Source: a virus (lineage: Duplodnaviria > Caudoviricetes). Taken from it: a DNA stretch of 64,000 nucleotides. The first letter of the stretch is position 1. Each line of letters starts with the position of its first letter. A program made the position numbers and the translations under genes. The notes below the pieces were generated by a model, which ran no database searches, was not told where the DNA came from, and saw nothing but the letters and a program-made list of their open reading frames with translations. Shown here piece by piece: positions 19,281 to 27,618 of this stretch. The stretch covers positions 3,061 to 67,060 of IMG/VR virus record IMGVR_UViG_3300037755_000308; one strand, given 5' to 3'.

Positions 19281-20172
19281 TGTAGCAACACCAGCAGCTG
19301 TAGCGACAGCTGAGCCACAGAAGGCTGTAATGGCTCCTCTGTTCAGTGTAGTGCCACTTCGTAGACTGGCTATGAGAAAGAAGCTCAAGGCACTACTCTA
19401 TGGCAAGTATGGAGTTGGCAAGACTACGCTAGCGGGTACAGCTGTCGATGTTCCAGCTATGTCTGATGTCTTCCTTATCTCAGCAGAAGCTGGTGAGATG
19501 TCTCTAATAGACAATGCGCTGATCACTCTCGACGAGCGTATTGATGTTGTTCAGATTAGCTCGTTCAAGAAGCTTCAACTCATTTTGGACTACTTGAGAG
19601 CACACGTTGTCTTCCGGAACAACAATGACGAAGAGAAGCTTAAGATCACTCAAGACAAAGTACTATCACCTGAAGACAATCCTGACGGGCGTCTTCGCAA
19701 GTACAACACAGTGATTATCGACTCTCTGACAGAACTCAATGATCTCTGTATGGCAGACTTGCTTGGCTTGTCCAACAGCATGAGCTTTGCTGCTGATCTA
19801 CCAACTGCTGAGTTCAAGGAATACAAACAGAACTTCAACAAGATGCAGATGTTGGTAAGGTCATTTCGTGATCTTGACATGAATGTGATTATCACAGCTG
19901 CTACGTCTTATGACCAAGATGAGCTGAAGGCATACCATTATACAGTGAGTTTAACTGGTAAGCTTAGCAATCAGGTTCAAGGGTTCTTTGACGTCGTAGG
20001 CTTCCTTGTTGTTGGACCTTCTACGGAAGATAAAGCAGCTCCTCGGCGTCTATGGTTACAGCCTGTGGGAGGCAAGTTTGATGCCAAATCCAGGCTTTCG
20101 AAAGGCGGTAAGGCTTACCTTGATAACCCATCTATGATGGGCATTATGAAGGAAGCAGGTCTTACCACTTAG
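19036..20172 (+). CDS. AAA_24/Sak4-like ATPase (single-strand annealing protein) with a long A/T/P-rich N-terminus
   Basis: LLYGKYGVGKTT, SAEAG, VIIDSLT and GFFDVVG. It lies between an exonuclease and an SSB. Confidence 0.82.
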   Translation: MTDQALPLKTPTQPATVAPASEATTAPAQPMAAATTTVPQSAQVPSQPKTPPTSSGTIGSKGSTSSSVAATPTATVTPPKGNVATPAAVATAEPQKAVMAPLFSVVPLRRLAMRKKLKALLYGKYGVGKTTLAGTAVDVPAMSDVFLISAEAGEMSLIDNALITLDERIDVVQISSFKKLQLILDYLRAHVVFRNNNDEEKLKITQDKVLSPEDNPDGRLRKYNTVIIDSLTELNDLCMADLLGLSNSMSFAADLPTAEFKEYKQNFNKMQMLVRSFRDLDMNVIITAATSYDQDELKAYHYTVSLTGKLSNQVQGFFDVVGFLVVGPSTEDKAAPRRLWLQPVGGKFDAKSRLSKGGKAYLDNPSMMGIMKEAGLTT

Positions 20173-20244
20173 AGGACACCTCCCTCTCTAAAAATGGAGT
20201 GTCATGAAGTGTGCAAATCGTAAACCGTAAACCGTTAAAGAAAG

Positions 20245-20739
20245 ATGGTTAAGCCAATGTCTGAGTTCGACAACCAGCCTAACACAGAAGTCAATGAAGA
20301 AGCACATATCGTCGATATCGATGCCATTGAAGAGGCCAAGCGGATTAATCTTCCTGCTGGCTGGTATCCGATGACGATTGAAGAGCACGAGTACGGTCTA
20401 TCTCAATCTTCTGGCCAGCCAATGTGGACGACGAAGATGTCCGTCGACAGTGGTGACTATGCTGAGCAGAAGGTGTACAACCATATCTCGTGGTCGCCAA
20501 AAGCTGCGCCTTACTCCAAGGCAACTGTAGCACAGTGCTTCCCTGACCTTCTGACCAATCCTGCATATCGCACGGCAAATGGTGGTCTCGACGTCAAGAA
20601 GATTGGCGACGAAGCTGCTCTGATCGGCCGGCAGGTTATGGTCAAGATTGGTTTCCAGAACTACGAAGGTGAGAAGCGGAATACCGTTAAGGGTATGAAG
20701 CCCAACACTGAGGCTGGCAATCAGTTCATGCAGGCGTAA
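20245..20739 (+). CDS. Single-stranded DNA-binding protein (DUF669-like)
   Basis: LPAGWY...SSGQPMWT...G..VMVKI....YEGEKRNTVK; positioned after Sak4. Confidence 0.75.
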   Translation: MVKPMSEFDNQPNTEVNEEAHIVDIDAIEEAKRINLPAGWYPMTIEEHEYGLSQSSGQPMWTTKMSVDSGDYAEQKVYNHISWSPKAAPYSKATVAQCFPDLLTNPAYRTANGGLDVKKIGDEAALIGRQVMVKIGFQNYEGEKRNTVKGMKPNTEAGNQFMQA

Positions 20740-20965
20740 GCTCAAGCTTGAGCTGTATAAGCATGAGTTAAACAAGAACGTGTTACTGGGTTAACGCCCC
20801 CGCTAGGCTCGGTAACACTAGCGAGGCTTGAACATAGGTTAGTCTGAGCCGGAGACTTCTATGTTGACAAACAGATGGTTTACCCTCTCCCATCTAGCCT
20901 CGCACCTACATCTGCATCTGCATCTCTCTAGTTTAACAACTTCCAAACAACATAGGTGAATAGTT

Positions 20966-21721
20966 ATGACGACGAGAACTTTCAACGTTGATAAGGCGTT
21001 TGGAGTACCAGATTTCTCTGCTATATTGTTTAGTGGAGGCATTGACTCCACAACTGCTTTGTTTATGGCATTAGCAATGCATAAGCAAGACTCTAATAAA
21101 GTGCACGCTATATCATTCAACTACGGGCAGCGTCATAGCAAAGAGCTTACCGCTGCTAGTGATATATGCAAGCACTGGAGTATTGAGCAGCACACAATTG
21201 ACTTGTCGAACATCATTCCGGAGTCGACAATGCTCAGAGATACAGAGTCAGATATTCCTGACGTTAATTATTCTGAGCTTAAAGGTGTATCACCAACATA
21301 CGTTCCTTTCCGGAATGGCTTGATGATTACAGCTGCAGCATCGTATGTCGTTGGTTTACTCGATAGCGGTATCGAATCCGGCATCTATGAAGAAGATGCA
21401 GTTGCTCATATCTATGCTGGCATGCATGAGGGTGATGCAGTAAACTTCGCATATCCAGACTGTACACCGGAGTTCGCTGGCTCCATGTCAAATGCAATCT
21501 GGCTGGGAACCTACGGGCGTGTACGCTTTGTGGCTCCTCTAATCCACATGTCGAAGCATCGTATCGTTGAACTCGGCGATGAACTGGGTGCACCTTTAAG
21601 TGACACATGGTCTTGTTACAGAGGCGATGATATTCACTGTGGTGTTTGCCCAACTTGTCGTGCACGTAAAGAAGCATTCATTGATGCGTGTGTGGACGAC
21701 AGCACCGAGTACGCTAACTAA
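20966..21721 (+). CDS. queC: 7-cyano-7-deazaguanine synthase
   Basis: PP-loop SGGIDS, YGQRH, YVPFRNG, YPDC, TWSCY and the zinc motif CGVCPTC. Confidence 0.93.
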   Translation: MTTRTFNVDKAFGVPDFSAILFSGGIDSTTALFMALAMHKQDSNKVHAISFNYGQRHSKELTAASDICKHWSIEQHTIDLSNIIPESTMLRDTESDIPDVNYSELKGVSPTYVPFRNGLMITAAASYVVGLLDSGIESGIYEEDAVAHIYAGMHEGDAVNFAYPDCTPEFAGSMSNAIWLGTYGRVRFVAPLIHMSKHRIVELGDELGAPLSDTWSCYRGDDIHCGVCPTCRARKEAFIDACVDDSTEYAN

Positions 21722-21785
21722 TAAGAGCACGCACGCACTTACAATAACGTAGCACTAACTAACTGATAGTGGAGTACACGTAACT

Positions 21786-22187
21786 ATGTTAAAGGTAGAC
21801 AAAGAGAAGCTATGGCCTGAGCAACATCAGTTTGCAGGTCATACCTTCAAGCCCGATGAACTTGCTGGTGCACTTGATACACTTGCAACATGGGTCAACT
21901 TTACAGGCCATCAGAAAGGCTTCTGGGATCCTCAAGTCGATCGATCATTGTCGACCAAGATGATGAAGATCATAGGTGAACTCGGTCAAGGCTTCGAAGA
22001 GTACCGTCGTGGTGATAAACCATCTGACAAGATCCCAAGCCATACCGAATTTGAAGAAGAACTGAGTGATGCAGTCATTCTAATCTTTGATCTAGCTAAA
22101 GAGATGGGTTTTGATCTGGGAGCTGCTATTATCTCGAAGGGCCTCTTCAACGAAGGTCGTCCAAGACTTCACGGTAAACAGTTCTAA
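21786..22187 (+). CDS. MazG-like all-alpha NTP pyrophosphohydrolase
   Basis: GELGQGFEE...EEELSDAVILIFDLA and N..R..LHGK.F. Confidence 0.75.
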   Translation: MLKVDKEKLWPEQHQFAGHTFKPDELAGALDTLATWVNFTGHQKGFWDPQVDRSLSTKMMKIIGELGQGFEEYRRGDKPSDKIPSHTEFEEELSDAVILIFDLAKEMGFDLGAAIISKGLFNEGRPRLHGKQF

Positions 22188-22291
22188 CAACTAGCGGTCA
22201 GCGACCGACTACAAACACACAGGAGCAGTATGCTGTTAAAGGGTGCTGCTCCTCTTAAACATTAACAACATTAGCACAAGGCAGAGATATT

Positions 22292-23104
22292 ATGAATGAG
22301 GACATCATAAAAGAAGCTACAGGCCTTGAAGTCGAGTCTACTCTTGAAGGTACAAAAAAGCTACCAATTATGGAGATCTTCGGTCCTACAATTCAGGGTG
22401 AAGGTCCCGCTGTAGGTGAACAGACCTTCTTTATCCGATTTGGTGGGTGTGATTATCGCTGTCAAAAGTGCGATTCAATGCATGCTGTTATTCCCGCTTT
22501 GATTAAAGAGAATGCAACATATATGACGGTAGCTGACATATTCGATCATTTGATTGACTTGCGTAATAGAACCATGTGCTCATCTGTAACACTGTCAGGT
22601 GGGAATCCGTTAATTTATGACATTACAAATTTAATTACAATTCTGAAGCTCAATGGATTTAAGATTCATGTTGAGACACAAGCAACAATCTTTCGACCTT
22701 GGGTGAATCTTTGTAATAGTGTAGTACTATCACCAAAAGCGCCAGGCATGGGTGAACGATTTGAGAAGGACAAGCTTGTTAACTTTATTGGGCTTACTGA
22801 TACATCTGTACCACTAGCAGTAAAGATTGTTGTGTTCTCTGCACAAGACATTGATCATGCTGCAATGGTATTCCACGGGCTCACTCGATCGTTTGGGCAG
22901 CGATGCTCCTACTTCTTGTCGCTGGGTAATTCAATGCCACCTTCGGAAAAAGGTGGGCCAGTACATGAAGGATTTGAGCGAGACTTCCTAATTCATGAAT
23001 ATCGTATTCTCATGGAAGACATTCTTCAAGACGTTCGAATGCGCGATGTAAGGGTCCTACCACAGGTTCACGTTCTACTGTGGGGTAATGCACGAGGAGT
23101 GTAG
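22292..23104 (+). CDS. queE: 7-carboxy-7-deazaguanine synthase (radical SAM)
   Basis: EIFGPTIQGEG, CDYRCQKC (CxxxCxxC), SGGNP, ETQ, SPK and PQVH. Confidence 0.93.
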   Translation: MNEDIIKEATGLEVESTLEGTKKLPIMEIFGPTIQGEGPAVGEQTFFIRFGGCDYRCQKCDSMHAVIPALIKENATYMTVADIFDHLIDLRNRTMCSSVTLSGGNPLIYDITNLITILKLNGFKIHVETQATIFRPWVNLCNSVVLSPKAPGMGERFEKDKLVNFIGLTDTSVPLAVKIVVFSAQDIDHAAMVFHGLTRSFGQRCSYFLSLGNSMPPSEKGGPVHEGFERDFLIHEYRILMEDILQDVRMRDVRVLPQVHVLLWGNARGV

Positions 23105-23155
23105 CTTCAGTTATTAGGTATTAACAATAAGGTACAATAAAGGAGTAGTTTAAAG

Positions 23156-23782
23156 ATGTCAGTTGCAACAGTCACTGATGGTAACTCAGCTCTTCCTCGT
23201 GCGTCGCAAGTTGCTCGTCGAAATAGAGAAGTGTTAGCTTCATATGTAACGCATATACTGAATGAAGTTGGGTTGGATTTGCAAGACCCTAGTATCAAAG
23301 ACACACCGGTACGTTGGGTGAAGATGCTATTAGCATTCAATACACCGTTCGACGCTAAGGCTTTACTGACAAAAAGCTTTCAGTCAGCTGACTCTACAGC
23401 TATTGTTGCACAGACAAAAATTCCATTTGCTATGTTGTGTGAGCATCATCTACTGCCGGCATATGGTCATGCTCATATTGCATATCTTCCACAAGATGGT
23501 GTTGTTGTTGGATTGTCAAAGCTCGCACGTCTTGTTGATGCAGTTGGGCATGAAAAGCCATTTCTGCAGGAGAGCATCAACGATCGTATTGTTAACTTGC
23601 TTAGTGAACATCTGAAGCCTAGAGGCGTCATCTGTGTCATACAGGCAGAGCACACTTGTATGACTTGTCGTGGTGTTAGCACTCCTGGTGTTATAACTTC
23701 GACTAGCGTAGTAAAGGGTGCATTTAGAGATGCTCCGCAAGCAAGAGCAGAGGCTTTCCAACTGTTTCAATTAGTCAGGTAA
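23156..23782 (+). CDS. folE: GTP cyclohydrolase I
   Basis: DTPVR, CEHHLLP, GLSKLARLV, LQE and HTCMTCRGV. Confidence 0.95.
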   Translation: MSVATVTDGNSALPRASQVARRNREVLASYVTHILNEVGLDLQDPSIKDTPVRWVKMLLAFNTPFDAKALLTKSFQSADSTAIVAQTKIPFAMLCEHHLLPAYGHAHIAYLPQDGVVVGLSKLARLVDAVGHEKPFLQESINDRIVNLLSEHLKPRGVICVIQAEHTCMTCRGVSTPGVITSTSVVKGAFRDAPQARAEAFQLFQLVR

Positions 23783-23835
23783 GTTATAGACGCAGGCAAC
23801 TAAACAACTGTTAGTTAAGAGAGGAACTAAGATCA

Positions 23836-24645
23836 ATGACTGTTAAGTTTGCACCAGTTGGACCACTTGGCACTATGAACTATCTTCTGGAGAAGGGTGT
23901 TCCAGTAGTTGGCGATTATCACTTGCTGCTCGCACATGAAGTGCTTGCTAATCAAGCAGGATGGAATCTCTGGGCTAACCAAGTACGAATTGCTCATGAT
24001 CGATGTGGCTTGTCTGAGCCAACATTTATTATGGATACATCTGTCATTGAGCTTGGTATGCCAATGACTGCTAATGAGATCTTACGTGCTGCTAGAACAA
24101 TTAGAGCACAGGTACTTGTGCTGCCAGATATCATTGGTGATAAGGAGGCTACACACTCTCAGGTGGAAGACTACTTCACTATGTTGGACACGGTCGATGA
24201 TGAGCATATACCGCTATATCACATGTTTGTTCCACAAGGAACGTCGCTTCCAGAGTATCTGGACTCTCTTGAGTGGGCATGTCAAGCAACAGACTTGATC
24301 AACTGGATTGGGCTACCACGTGATGCTCTCCAGTTCGATGGTATCACATCTCGTCGCACACTCATTGATGCTTGCAGTGTTATTATGCCTGGTGTACCAA
24401 TTCATCTTCTTGGAATGTCTGACAACATACTCGATGATGTGCTGTCATGCCGTCATTCACCAGTGATTATGGGACTCGACAGTGCTGTTCCTATTCGTGC
24501 TGGTCTTAAACACATGCAATTGAAACTGTCAGTCAACGACTACGGTAAACGTGGCAATTACTGGGACACCATCGTAGATGGTAGTAACGGTATATTGCCC
24601 ATTGTTAACATGCAGTGGTTCAGAGAGGCAATCCAACCAATATAA
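23836..24645 (+). CDS. Putative DpdA-like 7-deazaguanine DNA transglycosylase (TGT-fold TIM barrel)
   Basis: Directly follows folE. IMDTS, LPD, VPQG, WIGL, HLLG and GLDSAVP match the TGT Asp102, VQG, H..G and nucleophile Asp280 positions. No C-terminal zinc cluster. Confidence 0.68.
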   Translation: MTVKFAPVGPLGTMNYLLEKGVPVVGDYHLLLAHEVLANQAGWNLWANQVRIAHDRCGLSEPTFIMDTSVIELGMPMTANEILRAARTIRAQVLVLPDIIGDKEATHSQVEDYFTMLDTVDDEHIPLYHMFVPQGTSLPEYLDSLEWACQATDLINWIGLPRDALQFDGITSRRTLIDACSVIMPGVPIHLLGMSDNILDDVLSCRHSPVIMGLDSAVPIRAGLKHMQLKLSVNDYGKRGNYWDTIVDGSNGILPIVNMQWFREAIQPI

Positions 24646-24688
24646 AAGTGGCTGCAGCTGATGCTGAGACGAATACTAAGAGAGGGAG

Positions 24689-27190
24689 TTGGGAGTTAGA
24701 CACGTGTCCAAGCCTATTGATATTCATAGTATTCTGTCACCTGTTCGTGGTAAGGGGTTAAGTCCCAATGTCACTATGGCACATGCGTGCTTAAGCTGTG
24801 TGTTTAAGTCACGAACATGTGGATCTAGTGGACCGTCTGACTCCCCCTTTGTTATTGTCGGGGAGAGCCCTGGCAAGAAAGAAGCTATCTATGGGATGCC
24901 ATTCATTGGCGAAAGTGGAGGCTTGTTAAAGAAGCAGTTGCAGGCAGCTGGGTATAATGCAGACCATCCTGAGCCGTACATTACAAACGCTGTTAAGTGC
25001 TCTCCTGGTGATAAGAAAGATCAGACAGCTCTTAAACACGCTTGTCAAGCTTGTCGTGGTAATCTGATTGCTGAGATAGCTGCACATCCACGATCAGTTA
25101 TCTTAGCGTTGGGCGCGGCAGCTATATGGTCGCTGACAGGTGACTACAGTCTTAAGATCACACAAGTGCGTGGACAAGTGTTTCCATCTCCACTAGCCTC
25201 GCACGGTATTGTAGCTTCAGTACACCCAGCATTCCTTCTACGTGGTGGTGGGTCTATTAACAAGTTCAAAAGTGACATAGGACTTGCTGCAGAAGCAATC
25301 CAGAACATAAAAAGACCCAGATACAAAAATAGCACGGAGACTATATTACATACTGTGGACGATTTTATGCAAGTCATAGATCGACTTACATATGTAGTAT
25401 GGTGGTACAAGGTGCTAGGCCTTAGCCCAGTTCCGATAGCAACAGACATTGAGACAACTGGCTTCTCTGCACTAGAGAACCTTATACTTTGCTTGGCTTT
25501 CACTTGGGAGGATGAACATAGCTACGTTATACCAGAAGAGGCATTCGAGGACGAAGAATACTTGGCAGCGATGAAAGACTTCTTAGAGTGGAGCTCTGAT
25601 GAGGTCATCTTCATTTGGCATAATGGTAAGTTCGATATTCAGTTCTTCTGGGCAATAGACATTGACGCTCGTGTTGATGAAGACCTAATGCTCCTGTCAT
25701 ATACCTTAGATGAGAACAAAGGACTTCATGACCTTGAGCAAGTTAGCAATGACGCTATTAAAGCACCTAACTGGAAGGCTATGCTTGATGAACACAAACC
25801 AGATAAGAATGCAAGTTACGATGTAATACCTCGTCCCATTCTGTATAAGTATGCAGGAAAGGATGTTGCTGCTACTTTACAAAGCTGGCGTGTGTTACAT
25901 CCAAGAGTGAATGGTGATCTTAATTCACGTACAGCCTATTATGAGTTAATGGTTGATGCTTCACATCTGCTTGGGCGTATTGAGACTGTCGGTATTAAAG
26001 TTGATCAAGAACAAGTCAAATACAATATGGCTAGGCTCGATAAGGAGATGACTGAGCTTCAACGCGACTTTGATGCCTACACAATGGAGCTGTGTGGTCA
26101 GACCTTTAATATGCAGTCCCCACCACAGATTACAAGATTGTTATTTGACATACTTAGTTTGGAAGCACCTAAAGGGGAAAGATCAACTGGCAAAGACATC
26201 TTAGCCACGATGGAACACAAGGCCATAGACTTCGTCCTTGCCTATAGAAGACTGGCTAAGAAGAAGGGCACATATGTTAAAGTCTTACTTCCATGGCGGA
26301 GAGAGAAGAACCGTATCATTCGTGGACATGTAAAACGTGATGGTCGTGTACATGCATCATACTTAATTCATGGTACTGTTACTGGAAGATTGTCTTCTCG
26401 CAAGCCTAATATGCAGAACCAACCTCGTGATCCTGAGATCAGAAGTCAGTTCTGTTCTGAAGATGGTCACGTCTTAATAGAGGTTGATCTTAACCAAGCA
26501 GAATTGCGTGTGCTTGCCGAGCTGTCTCGTGACCCAGGACTAATGGAGATCTATCTTGATCCAGACCATCCAGGCCTCCATCATGAAGTTAGTATCACAC
26601 TGTTTGGCAGTGGATATAACAAAGATGAAAAGGTCAGAGCTAAAGCAGTTAACTTCGGAATTGTCTATGGACGCACTGGAGGTTCCATCGCAGAAGAATT
26701 CAATATGCCAAAGGCGGAAGGGGAACGTTGGGTATCAGGCTGGGCTAGCAGATTCCCACATGCCTGGGACTATATTCAGAAGTGTCGTGAGGCCCCTCTC
26801 AAGGGTAGAACTCTGATTACCAACTTTGGGCGTAAACGTCGATTCGGAATTGTTACAAGAGCCAACGCACATAGTGTACAAAATGAAGCTAGCAACTTTC
26901 CTTTTCAAAGTATTGCATCTGATGTAACTTTGAAAAGCACTGGACGAGTTGTCAGAGATCGTAGATATAAGTGTGTACCTGTCAATCTTATACATGATGC
27001 AGGATTGCACGAGGTTATCAACGATCTAGACATTATCGACTATCAAGTAGCACTCATTCAGTACTATATGGCTAAGGAAGCTCCCCTATGGGGATTGAGT
27101 ACTGTACCCTTTACTACCGAGGCAGAGCTTGGCACACACTGGGGAAAGTCGACTAAGTACAAAGTCAAAGGTCAATACACTTTTAATTAG
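24689..27190 (+). CDS. polA: Family A DNA polymerase with an N-terminal family-4 uracil-DNA-glycosylase-like domain and a 3'-5' exonuclease domain
   Basis: UDG: CLSC, VGESPGKKE...PFIGESG, TNAVKC and HPAFLLR. Exonuclease: DIETTG, HNGKFD and YAGKD. Polymerase: TGRLSS, DLNQAELR, RAKAVNFGIVYG and IHD. Confidence 0.93.
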   Translation: MGVRHVSKPIDIHSILSPVRGKGLSPNVTMAHACLSCVFKSRTCGSSGPSDSPFVIVGESPGKKEAIYGMPFIGESGGLLKKQLQAAGYNADHPEPYITNAVKCSPGDKKDQTALKHACQACRGNLIAEIAAHPRSVILALGAAAIWSLTGDYSLKITQVRGQVFPSPLASHGIVASVHPAFLLRGGGSINKFKSDIGLAAEAIQNIKRPRYKNSTETILHTVDDFMQVIDRLTYVVWWYKVLGLSPVPIATDIETTGFSALENLILCLAFTWEDEHSYVIPEEAFEDEEYLAAMKDFLEWSSDEVIFIWHNGKFDIQFFWAIDIDARVDEDLMLLSYTLDENKGLHDLEQVSNDAIKAPNWKAMLDEHKPDKNASYDVIPRPILYKYAGKDVAATLQSWRVLHPRVNGDLNSRTAYYELMVDASHLLGRIETVGIKVDQEQVKYNMARLDKEMTELQRDFDAYTMELCGQTFNMQSPPQITRLLFDILSLEAPKGERSTGKDILATMEHKAIDFVLAYRRLAKKKGTYVKVLLPWRREKNRIIRGHVKRDGRVHASYLIHGTVTGRLSSRKPNMQNQPRDPEIRSQFCSEDGHVLIEVDLNQAELRVLAELSRDPGLMEIYLDPDHPGLHHEVSITLFGSGYNKDEKVRAKAVNFGIVYGRTGGSIAEEFNMPKAEGERWVSGWASRFPHAWDYIQKCREAPLKGRTLITNFGRKRRFGIVTRANAHSVQNEASNFPFQSIASDVTLKSTGRVVRDRRYKCVPVNLIHDAGLHEVINDLDIIDYQVALIQYYMAKEAPLWGLSTVPFTTEAELGTHWGKSTKYKVKGQYTFN

Positions 27191-27210
27191 ACGTAACGAC
27201 TATAATTTTG

Positions 27211-27244
27211 GCACTTGATGACCCCAGAACCTTTTTTCTATAAT
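27211..27244 (+). promoter_or_regulatory. Phage promoter family copy 4
   Basis: GCACTTGATGACCCCAGAACCTTTTTTCTATAAT. Confidence 0.8.
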
Positions 27245-27287
27245 TGAGCTATAAGATGAAGAAGCAGCAACATAAAGGTGACAATAC

Positions 27288-27539
27288 ATGACAGGCACGG
27301 CGAGCGCGGCGAGCATGGTGGGCACGGAATATGCGGCAGCAGTTAAAACCTTCTGGAGGATCAATACTATCTGGAAGCAGAGTCTTGGTGGCATTACAGT
27401 TGAGCAGGCGTTGAAAGAGTTGGGGAATGCTCACAAGGCAACTCCACTGGCTTCTCCACTGTATCGACATATTGCTACGCTGACCAATGACATCTGCAAC
27501 AATGCCATGGATCCAGAGGATCTGGAAGAAGCAGTATAG
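27288..27539 (+). CDS. Hypothetical protein
   Basis: 83 aa ORF with RBS AAGGTG after a promoter. Confidence 0.55.
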   Translation: MTGTASAASMVGTEYAAAVKTFWRINTIWKQSLGGITVEQALKELGNAHKATPLASPLYRHIATLTNDICNNAMDPEDLEEAV

Positions 27540-27618
27540 GCTGCGTACATACGCATCACAAGAGCCAGTAAGAGTCAAGAGTCAACCGACAACGCAAGAT
27601 CTACGGAGTTAGTTTAAG

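Noticed and set aside
20966-24645. Host-like queuosine tRNA-modification operon, or a dG+/dPreQ1 pathway
   Set aside because: No queF, queA, queG/H, arcS or Gat-QueC was recognised, and the TGT-like ORF lacks the zinc-binding tRNA domain. DNA-level dPreQ0 is the simpler reading.
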